A stretch of DNA of 64,000 bases, taken from positions 84,756,001 to 84,820,000 of the forward strand of contig NC_058368.1 in NCBI RefSeq assembly GCF_018350175.1, in the 5' to 3' direction. A program made the translations under genes and the position numbers. Positions 39,438 through 51,930 of this stretch are shown one piece after another (the stretch's first letter is position 1; each line of letters starts with the position of its first letter). This DNA comes from Felis catus (Eukaryota). A model generated the notes under the pieces. The model had not been told where the DNA came from. It saw only the letters and a program-made list of their open reading frames with translations, and did not search any database.

Positions 39438-40029
39438 AACAATCAGCAAAACTAAAAGGTCACAGACCGAATGGGAGAAGATATTTGCAAATGACACATC
39501 AGATGAAAGGTTAGTATCCAAAATCTATAAAGAACTGATCAAACTCAACACCCAAAAAACAAATAATCTAGTGAAGAAATGGGCAAAAGACATGAAGAGA
39601 CACTTCTCCAAAGAAGATATCCAGATGACCAACTGACACATGAAAAAATGCTCATCACTCATCATCAGGGAAATACAAATCAAAACCACAATGAGATATC
39701 ACCTGACACCTGTCACAATGGCTAACATTAACAACTCAGGAAACAACAGATGTTCGCGAGGATGCGGAGAAAGAAGATATCTTTTGCATTGTTGGCAGGG
39801 ATGCAAGCTGGTGCAGCCACTCTGGAAAACAGTATGGAGGTTCTTCAAAAAGCTAAAAAGAGAACTACCCTATGACCCAGCAATTGCACGGCATTTATCC
39901 ACGGGATACAGGTGTGCTGTTACGAAGGGACACATGCATCCCCATGTTTATAGCAACACTATCAACAATAGCCAAAATATGGAAAGAGCCCAAATGTCCA
40001 TCAATGGATGAACGGATAAAGAAAATGTG

Positions 40030-40298
40030 ATATATATAGATATATATAGATATATATATATGTATATATGGCATATATATATAGCATATATATATGTATA
40101 TATATATAGCATATACATATGCCATATATATATATGGCATATGTATATGCTATATATATGTGTATATATATGCTATATATGTATGTGTATATATATGCTA
40201 TATATATGTGTATATATATGCCATATATATATGCACATATATATATGCTATATATATACATAGATATAGATATAGATATAGATATACACACACACACA
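40030..40298. repeat. Compound (TA)n-based repeat containing a perfect 60-bp palindrome (40100-40159)
   Basis: Checked base by base. The ORF track also shows the same peptide, MPYIYMAYVYAIY, on both strands. Confidence 0.92.
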
Positions 40299-40769
40299 AT
40301 GGAGTATTACTTGTCAATCAAAAATAATGAAATGTTGCCATTTGCAACTACGTGTATGGAACTGGAAGGTAGTATGCTAAGTGAAATTAGTCAGTCAGAG
40401 AAAGACAAAAATCATATGACTTCACTCATATGAGGACTTTAAGAGAGAAAACAGATGAACTTAAGGGAAGGGAAACAAATTAATATGAAAACAGGGAGGG
40501 GGACAAAACAGAAGAGACTCATAAATATAGAGAACAAACTGATGGTTACGGAGGGGTTGTGGGAGGGGGGAATGGGCTAAATGGGTATGGGCCAGTAAGA
40601 AATCTACTTCTGAAATCATTGTTGTACTATATGGTAACTAATTTGGATGTGAATTTAAAAGAAATAAAAAAATATCAAAAAATAAAATAAAACATAATGT
40701 ACCAAAATTTACTAGATGCATCTAAAGTAATGTTAAGAGGAGAATTTACGGTGATAATAGATTACATTT

Positions 40770-41995
40770 AACAAGAATGTCAACCTAATGCTCTGGTTAC
40801 AGCTAGCTGAACTGAAGGAATATATAGCTCAGACACAACAGTAAGGCACACACACAACCTTAAAGCACAGGGCTTTGGTGAACATAGGGCATTACACTAC
40901 AGGACACACAGTAACTTCTTAATAAGGCCACTACCTTCGACATCAAGAAATGTACTTACTTTCTAAAGACACAAGCACAAAGAGTTACACAAAATTGTGA
41001 GGTGGCTAAATATATCTAAAATTAAAACGAAGACAAAACTGCACCAAAGAGGTTAATGGAACATAAGTCATAAATAAGACTGATGAAAAATCCAAGTAAT
41101 GATCTTAAAGATACTTAATGGTTTTGATAAAGGAGTGGAGGATCTCATTGAGACATTCAACAAAGAGAGAAAATATAAAAAATATAACCAGTCTTAGGTA
41201 AAGAATTCAGCAATTGAATTTTTTTAACATTTATTTTTGAGACAGAGAGAGACAGAGCATGAACAGGGGAGGGGCAGAGAGAGAGGGAGACACAGAATCT
41301 GAAACAGGCTCCAGCCTCTGAGCTGTCAGCACAGAGCCCGACGCGGGGCTCGAACTCACGACTGTGAGATCATGACCTGAGCCGAAGTCGGATGCCCAAC
41401 CGACTGAGCCACCCAGGCGCCCCAAGAACTCAGCAATTTAATAAATACATTACAGAGAATTAATAACACATAAGAGAAAGCAGAAGAATGGATCCTTGAC
41501 CTGGAAGGCAGAGAAATGGAAAGCAACCAAGAGTAAAAAGGAAAAAAAAAAAAAAAGGAATAATAAAAAATGAGAATAAATTAAGAAAATCAACACAATC
41601 ATCAAGAGGAATAATGTTCATATTATAGAGATCCTAGAAAAAGAAGAGAGATATAACGAGTTGGAAAATTTATTTGAATTAATATTGGCTGAAAACTTCC
41701 CAATCTAGGGAAGAAAACAGAAATCTAGATCCAGAATGCACTGAGAGCTCCCAACAAAATTAACCCAAGGTGGTTTACACAAGTCACATCATACTTAAGA
41801 TGAGAAAAAAATGTTAGAATTTTACAAACAACACGAAAAAGAAAACAGTTGCATACATTAGAAAGCCAGTAAGATTATCAGTGGAGTTCTCAGCAAAAAA
41901 TTTACAAGCCAGAAGGAAATGGCATTATATACTCAAAGTGCTGAAAGTAAAGAAAAAAAGAAAAAGAAAAACTTGCAATATAGATTACTATATTC
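40770..41995 (+). mobile_element. Old L1 fragment (end of 5'UTR and ORF1)
   Basis: ggctgaaaacttcccaatctagggaagaaaacagaaatctagatccagaatgcac is ORF1-like and decayed. Confidence 0.75.
41219..41423 (-). mobile_element. CanSINE
   Basis: TSD aagaa(t/c)tcagcaatt. Confidence 0.94.
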
Positions 41996-42036
41996 AACTC
42001 TGAAATATTCAGAGTATATTCAACTATACTCTGAAA

Positions 42037-42150
42037 GCTCAGAGCCTGGAGCCTGTTTCAGATTCTGTATCTCCCTCTCTCTGACCCTCCTCTGTTCATG
42101 CTCTCTCTCTGTCTCAAAAATAAATAAATGTTAAAAAAATTAAAAACAAA
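42037..42150 (+). mobile_element. CanSINE 3' half
   Basis: gctcagagcctggagcctgtttcagattctg...aaaaataaataaatgttaaaaaa. Confidence 0.85.
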
Positions 42151-42151
42151 G

Positions 42152-43321
42152 TAAACTCAAAATGGATGAAGGACCTGAATGTGACACAGGAAACCATCAA
42201 AACTCTAGAGGAGAAAGCAGGAACAAACCTCTGACCTCATCCTCAGCAATTTCTTCCTTAACACATCTCCAAAGGCAAGGGAATTAAAAGCAAAAATGAA
42301 CTATTGGGACCTCATGAAGATAAAAAGCTTCTGCAATGCAAAGAAAACAACCAACAATACTAAAAGACAACTGAGGGAGTGGGAAAAGATATTTGCAAAT
42401 GATGTATCAGATAAAGGGTTATTATCTAAAATCTATAAAGAACTCACCAAACTCTACATCTGGAAAGCAAATAATCCAGTGAAGAAATAGGCAGAAAACA
42501 TGAATAGGCACTTTTCTAAAGAAGACATCCAGATGGCCAATAGACACATGAAAAGATGCTCAATGTCACTCATCATCAGGAGAATACAAGTCAAAACTAC
42601 TGTGAGATATCACCTCATGCCAGTCAGAGTGTCTAAAATAAACAAATCAGGAGACTATAGATGCTGGAGAGGATGTGCAGAAACAAGAACACTCTTGCAC
42701 TGCTGGTGGGAATGCAGAGTGGTGCAGCCACTCTGGAAAACAGTGTGGAGGATCCTCAAAAAATTAAAAATAGAACTACAATATGACCCAGCAATAGCAC
42801 CACTAGGAATCTACCCAAGGGATATAGGAGTGCTGATGCACAAGGGCTCATGTACCCCAATGTTTATAGCAGAACTTTCAACAATAGCCAATTTATGGAA
42901 AGAGCCTAAATGTCCATCAACTGACGAGTGGATAAAGAAGATGCGGTTTATATATACAATGGAATACTACTTGGCAATGAGAAAGAATGAGATCTGGCCA
43001 TTTGTAGCAATGTGGATGGAACTGGAGGGTATTATGCTAAGTGAAATAAGTTAGGCAGAGAAAGACAGATACCATATGTTTTCACTCATGTGGATCTTGA
43101 AAAACTTAACAAAAGGCCATGGGGGAGGGGAAGGGGGGAAAAGTTACAGGGAGGGAGGGAGGCAAACCATAAGAGACTCTTAAGGACTGAGAGCAAACTA
43201 AGGGTAGATGGGGATTGGGGGAGAGGGGAGAGAGGGTGATGGGCATTGAGGATGACACTTGTTGGGGTGAGCACTGGTTGTTGTATGGAAACCAATTTGA
43301 CAATAAATTATATTTTAAAAA
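42152..43321 (+). mobile_element. 5'-truncated felid L1 (ORF2 C-terminus and 3'UTR)
   Basis: [20 protein letters not shown]...[18 protein letters not shown] (CCHC domain); G-rich 3'UTR; aataaa at about 43302. Confidence 0.93.
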
Positions 43322-43811
43322 GTACTACATCCATTCATGGCAAAATATCTCAACAAAGTAGTTTCAACAAAATAAAATTCATATATGAAAACTCTACAGA
43401 TAACATTTGAGATGTCATCTGTGGACAATTCCATTAAAATCAAGAATAAGACAAGGATAACAACTCTCACCACTTTTATTCAACATAGTTCTGTAAGTCC
43501 TAACCACAACAATGGTTGTGGCATAAAAGGCATAAAAATTGGTAAGAAAGAAAGCCTTTATTGTATCTTTAAAAATTTTTGAATGACTTTTAAAATATTT
43601 TTAAAGTTTATTTATTTTGAGAATGAGAGAGAGCATGCGTGAGGGGAAGTATACACTCACTTCTTCAGTACCCGAGTCTCTGTCCTTTACTATATATTTG
43701 TCCTTACCAATGATATTTTTTCTCTGATATATTTTATTATTTCTCATTATGGCCTTTTCTTTTCAGCTTAAAGAAGATAGTTAAACATTTTTTTGTGAGT
43801 CTTATTAATTA

Positions 43812-44007
43812 ATTTATAATGTTTATTTTTAAGAGAGAGAACAGAAGCAAGGGAGGGGCAGAGGGAGAAGGAGACACAGAATCTGAAGCAGACTCCAGGA
43901 TCTCAGCTGTCAACACAAAGCTCGACATGGGGCTTGAACCCACAGAATGTGAGACTGTGACTTGAGCCAGAGTTGGATGCTTAATGGACTGAGCCACCTA
44001 GGTACCT
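43812..44007 (-). mobile_element. CanSINE within old antisense L1 fragments (about 43650-44570)
   Basis: SINE body with a gagccacctaggtacc end. Confidence 0.88.
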
Positions 44008-44267
44008 GCAAGCCAACTTAGTGGTGATAAACTTCTTTAGCTTTTGCTTCTCTGGGAAACTTTAATTCTCCTTCAATCTTGAATGATAACCTTGCAAGGT
44101 GGAGCATTCTTGGTTGTATGTTTTTCCTTTAAGCACTTATATTTTGCCATTCCCTTCTGGATTTCAAAGTTTGTGCTGAAAAATCAGTTGCTAGCCTAAT
44201 TTACTTGTATGTGATTGTTTCTATCTTGTTGCTTGTTATATTCTGTCTTTATTTTTACCTTTTGACA

Positions 44268-44457
44268 TTTTAAAAAATGTTTCATTCATTTTTGAGAGAG
44301 AGAGAGAGAGAGACAGAGAGAGAGAGAGAATCTAAAGCAGACTCCAGGCTCTGAGATGTCAGCACAGAGCCTGACTAGGGGATCAAACTCTTGCACCAAC
44401 AGATCTGGTCACCTAATCCAAAGTCAGATGCTTAACCGACTGAGTAACCCAGGTGCC
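44268..44457 (-). mobile_element. CanSINE, diverged
   Basis: (GA)n body and caggtgcc end; imperfect TSD cttttg(a/c)catttta. Confidence 0.86.
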
Positions 44458-44663
44458 ATTAACTTTTGCCATTTTAGTTACAGTATGTCTTGGTGTAGCT
44501 CTTTTTGTTTTTATCTTATTGAGGCATCTCTACTTCTTATACCTGGATATTATCTGTTTCCTTTCCATGGTGATGACACTTTTAACCTTTACTCCTTCAA
44601 GCAAATTTTGCTCATGGATGTTGGGAATATAAAATGATGTAGCTATCATGCAAACAGTATGGC

Positions 44664-44706
<43 letters not shown>

Positions 44707-44757
44707 TATGATCCACTAACTTAACTTCTGGGTATATATTTAAAATAAATGAAATCT

Positions 44758-45248
44758 GGGGCATCTGACTCTTGGTTTTGGCTCGGGTCATGATCTCGTG
44801 ACTTCATGGGTTCAAGCTCTGCATCGGGCTTTGTGCTGGCATTCTCTCTTTTTTTTTTTATTTTTTTTTCAACGTTTATTTATTTTTGGGACAGAGAGAG
44901 ACAGAGCATGAACGGGGGAGGGGCAGAGAGAGAGGGAGACACAGAATCGGAAACAGGCTCCAGGCTCTGAGCCATCAGCCCAGAGCCCGACGTGGGGCTC
45001 GAACTCACGGACCGTGAGATCATGACCTGGCTGAAGTCGGATGCTTAACCGACTGCGCCACCCAGGCGCCCCAGGCATTCTCTCTTTCTTGAGATTCTCT
45101 CTCTCTTCCTCTCTCTCTCTGCCTCTCCCCCACTTACACTGTCTCTGTCTTTCTCAAATAAATAAATAGACTTTAAAAATACATACATACATAAATACAT
45201 ACATACATACATACATACATACATAAATACATAAATACATAAATAAAT
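44758..45248 (+). mobile_element. Older CanSINE host with a (TACA)n tail, split by a younger antisense SINE
   Basis: Head fragment at 44758-44851; CT body and tail at 45074-45248. Confidence 0.8.
44852..45072 (-). mobile_element. Young felid CanSINE nested in a SINE
   Basis: TSD ggcattctctcttt at 44838 and 45074. Confidence 0.95.
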
Positions 45249-45741
45249 AAAGTGAAATCAGAGCCCCAAAGATATATTTATATATTTCTGTCTTAGCAGC
45301 ATTATTCACAAGGGACAAAACGTGGAAGAAACTAAAACATCCACTGATGGATGAGTGGATAACAAGATATGGTATATACATACAATGCAATATTACACAG
45401 CCCCTCAAGTAAAGGAAATTCTGGCATATACTATAATATTTTTGAACCTTGAGGGCATCATGCTATGTAGAACTAGCCAGTCATAAAAAGTCAAATATTT
45501 TATAATTCCACTTATTTGAGTTAAAGTATTCAAATTCAGGGTGACAGAAAGTAGAATGTGCTTGTCAAAGACTGTGGGAAGTGGAAATGCCACATTTGCC
45601 AGATTTGTTAATGTGTGTAGAGATTCAGTTTGGGAAATGAAAAGTCCTGGAGATTTGTTGCACAGCAGTGTGAATATGTTTAACATTTGGTGTGTACACT
45701 TAAATTTCATGAAGAGAGTAAATTTTCTTGTGTGTGTTCCA

Positions 45742-46005
45742 TAATTATATATGGATATGAATTATATTATATATTAATTATACATTAATTATGTATATTA
45801 ATTATACATTATGTATAATTATGTATATGTATATGTATACATTATGTATACATTATGTATAATTATGTATATTAATTATACATTAATATATAATATAACA
45901 AAATATTTATGAGCATGAAATATATATTGTATATTAATTATATATTTTATGTATGATATTCATATTAATATATATTCATACTTATAGAATTATGCATATA
46001 TATAT
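45742..46005. repeat. AT-rich low-complexity minisatellite-like tract (tatacattatg / taattatg units)
   Basis: Direct reading. Confidence 0.85.
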
Positions 46006-46828
46006 TTGTGGAAAAAGCAAAAATGGAATTTACCATCTTGATTAATATATATGTAGTGTAATATATAAAAATTATAAATTATCTTAAACCAAAAAAAATC
46101 AGGAAAACTTAAATTTCAATATTGGGACAAACTGAAGTTCCAGAAGAAAAGAGTATTTTTATGATGTAAAAATGACTGAAAACAAAATCTCTAACTTTGA
46201 TTTTCTCGAGCTATACTATAAATCAAGTTTTTACAAGAATTCCTTTATTTTTCAGAAAATGCATACATACTTTTCCAGTCACTCACTCATTCATTTTTTC
46301 ATAATCATTTACTAATTCCTAGATTAGCAATTTATTAATTACCAAATAAAAACTAAGAATGTGGAGCCCCTGAAATACAAATATGTGTATGCATTCCCTT
46401 CTTTTAGGAAGTCGAAGAGAATGATAGCAATTATGTCATTATTATTCACCACAGAAAGTGTATTTACAGAGATATGCACACAGTTTTTGTTTCTAAGACA
46501 TTATTCACCTAACCTTCCAATGGCTGACAGAAGTGAAAAGTGAGGACAGGTAGAGTAAGCAGCTATTGAGGGCAATTCTATGAAGATGTAACATATAAAC
46601 AGAGCCATAAAGATGACTCAAATTTAGAGTTATATCAAAAATATGAATGTATACCAGGTGAGTTAATCTTTTGACAACCCTCAGTTCAATATTTGGAAAT
46701 ATCTCATATTTATTTAGAGCAAAACTATGTTACTACTCTGGGGTGAATACAGAAGAAGTTACTAGGGCATTCAGAGACAATTTAACTCTGATTCCATAGT
46801 TTTATTTTTCATTAAAAATAAATATTAG

Positions 46829-46990
46829 AGGAGTGTCTGTATGGCTCAGTGGGTTAAACATCTGACTATTGATTTCAGCCCATGTCATGATCTCTGGGTC
46901 GTGAGTTCAGGCCTCAAATTGGTCAGGCCCCAAATTGAAGCCTACATAAATTAAAAAAAAAAAAAGAAATTAAACAATAAATAAATACAT
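46829..46990 (+). mobile_element. Diverged, internally deleted CanSINE
   Basis: ggagtgtctgtatggctcagtgggttaaacatctgact head followed by an A-tail. Confidence 0.78.
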
Positions 46991-47445
46991 ATATACATAT
47001 ACATAAACTAACAGAAACATCAACAACAACAACAACAACAACAGAAAAAACATGCAAAGGTAATAACAACAAACTCAGCAGTTAATTAGAAGCTGTTCTT
47101 TGGAATGAATCTATCCATATATTGCCTTCCTTTGATGGCCTCTATTTTGACATGACACAACTACCTACCACTACCCTATTTACATATCTCAGCAAATTTT
47201 CTTTTTTACCCACAGTAAATAATCTTCATACTAGATATCCATGGTAGATGAATAGTCTATTTTCTTTACCATCAAACACTCATAATTATTGTATTTTGAC
47301 TAGGTACTTCGATAGATACCCTAGTTGTGTACTTAGCTGTTTTGAATATTTAATCCACTCTGCAAGGTCAAAATTAAGAATGGAATAAGAGTAGATGTTA
47401 TTTCAAATACTAGCAGGGTTGAAGACAGGAAAACAGTATGATCAT

Positions 47446-47640
47446 ATGAAAGATAAAGTTAGAGAGGGAGGGAGCCAAACCAGAAGGGACTCTTAAAAAC
47501 TGAGAATAAACTGAGGGTTGATGGAGGGTGGGAGGGAGGGGAAAGTGGGCGATGGGCATTGAGGAGGGCACCTGTTGGGATGACCACTGGGTGTTGTATG
47601 GAAACCAGGTTGACAATAAATTTCATATACAAAAATACAA
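47446..47640 (+). mobile_element. Short felid L1 3'UTR insertion
   Basis: gagggcacctgttgggatgaccactgggtgttgtatggaaaccaggttgacaataaatttcata. Confidence 0.9.
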
Positions 47641-48681
47641 AACTGCCAAAACAAAGCTTAACAACAATAAATTTCTTGTTTGTGCATAAAGAGCATTAAT
47701 CCCGATTTTCTAATGAGTAGCCAAGCACTTGATGAAAATGAAACAATATGAATATTTACTTACATAAATGATACCTTTTCTGGAGATAACAATGTACACT
47801 TACTTGGTTAACTGCCCTTTATTCTTGTTATAATCAACTCCATTATAAGTCACAGCTGACAGTTTTCTGCTTTGGTAGTTCTCATAGTACACATTATTAG
47901 TGAGATCTTTCAAGTCTTGCATGTGTGTTCTGTCATAAATAAACAACATATCAACAGTTAAAAAAAGAAAGATTAAACAAATAGAATTGTTGCAAAAAAC
48001 TATCGCACAGATACACCTATGTATATAGGAAGAAGCCAGATGTGTGCATTTATTCAATAGCCTCCACATCTGTATTATATAATTTGAGGGATAAATCTAG
48101 TTTTCCATGAGGTACTGTGTGATGTGATAGGAATAATGCCACAAATATATGTCCAGGTCCTTTGGGGGAAGCCAGTAGGTAGATTTATACCATATATATT
48201 TTGGATTATGTATCTTAAATAATATCATTCCTTTTATTCAAGAATGTCTATGTTTTTATAACCTGCACCAGTTCTGCAGGTAAGGGAAACAATAATTGGA
48301 TCTTTTAAATAATGGAAAGTTGTAAGACAATTGCCAGAAGTGAATTCATGGCAATATTTCCAGATATGAAGCTGCTAGCTTCCTGGGACTTGAGAACAGA
48401 GACTTCCCCTGCTGGTAAGGAAAGGTCAGTGGGATTTGGATGTTGAAGATATTTAATTTTTTTTAATCAACTTAGATTTTTCAAATTCAATTTCTCTTTC
48501 CAATCAGTTACAAAATTTTGTAAAGTTTTACTGAGGTAGCAAATTCAGCTTGTTTTATACTTTAGGTCATCTTCATAACAGGATATTTATTCTGTTTGGT
48601 TCAACAAGGAAGAAAAAAATGATTTTTTCCAAGATAGTCATTAAAGTTCTTTGGTTCTCTGACTGGTTGGATTAGGAAATT

Positions 48682-49186
48682 TATTTTGTTAATATGAAAT
48701 TTATTGTCAAATTGGTTTCCATACAACACCCAGTGCTCATTGCAACAGGTGCCCTCCTCAATACCCATCGACCCACCCTCCCCTCCCTCCCTCCCCCCAT
48801 CAACCCTCAGATTGTTCTCAGTTTTTAAGAGTCTCTTAAAACTCCCTCCCTAACTTTTTTTTTTCCTTCCCCTCCCCCATGGTCTTCTGTTAAGTTCTCA
48901 GGATCCACATAGGAGTGAAAACATATGGTATCTGTCTTTTTCTGTATGATTTATTTCACTTAGCATAATACTCTCCAGTTCCATCCACATTGCTACAAAA
49001 GGCTATATTTCATTATTTCTCATTACCAAGTCATATTCCATTGTGTATAGAAACCACAATTTCTTTATCCATTTGTCAGTTGATGGACATTTAGGCTCTT
49101 TCCATAATTTGGCTATTGTTAAAAGTGCTGCTATAAACATTGGAGTACAAGTGCCCCTATGCATCCGTATTCCTGTATCCACTGGG
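48682..49186 (-). mobile_element. 5'-truncated felid L1 3' end (about 500 bp)
   Basis: Collinear with 54910-55415. Confidence 0.93.
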
Positions 49187-51729
49187 ACATTTAAAGGACT
49201 GAGTTTGTCATTTTCTTCTTGAAATTTGTTTGCTAAAATCAGAAAAATACATTCCAGTCTATAAATAATGGGTTATTTATTTCTACCATACTAAATTCTG
49301 TAAGAGTAAGTTTTCATGCAAAATTTTGCCTTTGTTGCACTTGATTCTCACCAATTACCAGTGATAACTCAATTTTTTTACAGTATACTCTGGAATACTA
49401 GCGTTTTATTTTCCACTGGTAATTGTTTTATTGATTTATTTTCATCTAGTCACATGAGGATATCAGTTTCAGATTCTTGCCACTGAGGTTCTTCTTCCTT
49501 AGTGACAAATGTTGTGTAACTGCAATTCTATAATTAAAATCCAATTATGATTTTCCAAGCATAATTAATTTTACCATAATGATTTAGATGCTTATTTGTA
49601 CTTTATAAGGGCTGGTAGAGTAAAGACAATTTTTGGATGGTCTTGGGAAGTCACCGGGAGGCTGCTGCAGATCTCAGAATGTATGTGATACTCCCACTGA
49701 TGGTCTTAATCTCTATCACCAATATAGTATATTTCCTAGAAGCTCACCTGGAAGCAGATTTAAAACTCACATCTGCCTACACATCTGCTTCCCTCAAAGA
49801 ATAACTCTATTTATTCTCTTATATTTTCCACATCATGGATAAATCCCTGTCATTGATAAGTGCTACTCATGAACCATAAAAGCAATGGGATTCTAGGAAT
49901 GCAGCTCCCAGTTTACTTCTGCCATGAAGCTAAGATCTTAGACATGAGTAGCGAGTGCCCACCTGACAACAGTTAGTACTGTATATGAAGATGGTCACTG
50001 ATGTTAGAAGTGTGACTTTTAGATTTTATGCTTCTTTAATGAAAAGGTGGTTTTAATAAAAAACCTTTATATTCCCAATTATTCCTAGTGTTAACAAAAC
50101 CAGATAAAACCATGAGTTTTCTTCAAGAAAATTATAAAGCATTACTGTAACATGTGCTATTTTAAAACTCGGTGGAAACTGAACAAAATAAATTAATTTA
50201 ACAGAATAAGAGGATAAGTTTATTCCAAAATTGTTTTTGCATTCTGCCTTTTATTTAGTAACAATAGTGCTGATACTTATGTTTTATTTTTTCTAAATAT
50301 TTTGGTAGCTCTTGAATAGTGAGCTTAGTTGTGAAAGGAGACATAGGCTGCATTTTAATTATATGATTGTTGTAATGAAATGAGAGTGTGATGAAGTCAC
50401 TCTAAATTGTTTATTCCTAATACATTTGGATTTTAACAGTTTATTAAATTTTTCTAAGTAGAATAAAAAACGCTAAACCTTAAGTGATATTAAACTTGCA
50501 TGGTTAGAACACACGAGTATGATCACAGACACTGAAGTAGTATTATACACAGTGCCTTACTTATAGAGACATTAGTAAGTCTGAGGATTTAATAGACATG
50601 TAACATACTTACAACTCTGGCTGTCACATAGAAAGTTTTCAATAAATACTAACATTAGCTTGATCTTACACAAGCCCATGTTAGAAAAATCCTTATCTCA
50701 CCTTAAAATCAACACCACATCAAATTAATCTCACCTTGTGACCTAATTGCAACTAACCTCAACATGTTACCTATTTCTTTCCAGTAACCAAACTTGTCCA
50801 AATGTATCATTCTCAGATAAAGATCAATTTCTGAAAAAAAATATATCTTCTTCCTTGTACAGAAAAAGTGGGGATCATTTTGGAATGAGAATTATCAGGG
50901 AGACTTTAATGAAGTACATGTAATTACATCACAATGTACAAAAATTCACAATGGTAGATGTATATTTCTGGTTGAAAAAGATGCAGGAAATGTGATATTA
51001 AGGAATGGAGCCACACATGTAGTTTATTAAAATAACATGTTGAAGCTTTCAGAAAGGGGGGAAAAAGTTCTACTATCTGAAGGGTGGCTGAAGTCTCAAA
51101 AAAATGGTAAATAAGAGAAAACAATGGAGACATTCCTTTGAAATTCTGAAAGAAACTGGTTAGTAACCTTGAATTCTCTTTCAAGCCTAACTACAAATCA
51201 GAAATAAAGAAAAAAAATAAAGAGGTTTTTACACATACATGGACCAAAAACTATGCTATGAAATTGTATTTTGCTTTAGCAAAATGAGATGAAGCCCAAT
51301 ATCATATGGTGGTGGCCCCGATGGAGATTGGTTGATAACATCAATTGATAATATCTAAAATTGGGAAATCAAGAAATAACAGCACAAGCCTTAATTTAGA
51401 CATGTGTCATAAATACAGAATAAATAGCTAAAAGAATTTGAAGTGTTTGGTTTTGGAAGAGGAGAGGTTGGAGAAATATTATTGTTGTTTTATTATAAAC
51501 TTTTTAGAACTATTTGAAGTTGAAGTTCTGTACATGAATACCTCAATAAAAATAAAAACTATATTAAATTTTAGTTCTATGAAAAAATGCATGTTGATTG
51601 TTATACAAGTTTCTAATTTGTATATTTGATATTACCATAAGGTAAAATATAATTATTCATGGTAGGTCAATCCACACTCCTAAAAATATTTATTCATAAA
51701 GTTCAAACTCAACTCCATACAGAAACCTT

Positions 51730-51930
51730 TAGTATTTTCTGTGCATCTGGCACTATTCCAAGATAATTGTTGTAATCAACAAACTTTATACACACAAAAC
51801 CGTGTACATGCATTCCCTTATTATCCCATTTTAGGCATGCAGAACCAAAAGAAGTAGAAGTCAATTAACATATTTTAGGTCACTAACCTTGGTGAAGTCA
51901 GGGAGAAAAAAGTCTACTTGCTCTGAATCT
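51730..51930. mobile_element. Probable MIR/L2 relic
   Basis: ttattatcccattttaggcatgcagaaccaaa...ggtcacta resembles the MIR core. Confidence 0.45.

Larger units (their letters stand above)
34086..40694 (+). mobile_element. L1 with 5'UTR but lacking ORF1 and the endonuclease; RT through 3'UTR present; interrupted by an opposite-strand L1 at 37287-39437
   Basis: The ggaggagccaagatggc start and T-rich UTR run straight into LEEMDKFL at about 35468. [10 protein letters not shown] lies at about 36295. 3'UTR and A-tail reach about 40694. Confidence 0.92.
44600..45740 (+). mobile_element. Old L1 3' end (L1MA/MB-like) with (CA)n and nested SINEs
   Basis: tatgatccac...acttctgggtatatat, agcagcattattcacaa, ccactgatggatgagtggataaac and ctggagatttgttgcacagcagtgtgaat. 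Confidence 0.75.

Noticed and set aside
39895..40433. Tyr/Ile-rich ORFs
   Set aside because: They are translations of the TA-rich repeat.
43118..43270. G-quadruplex-like tract
   Set aside because: It is the standard G-rich L1 3'UTR, present in every copy.
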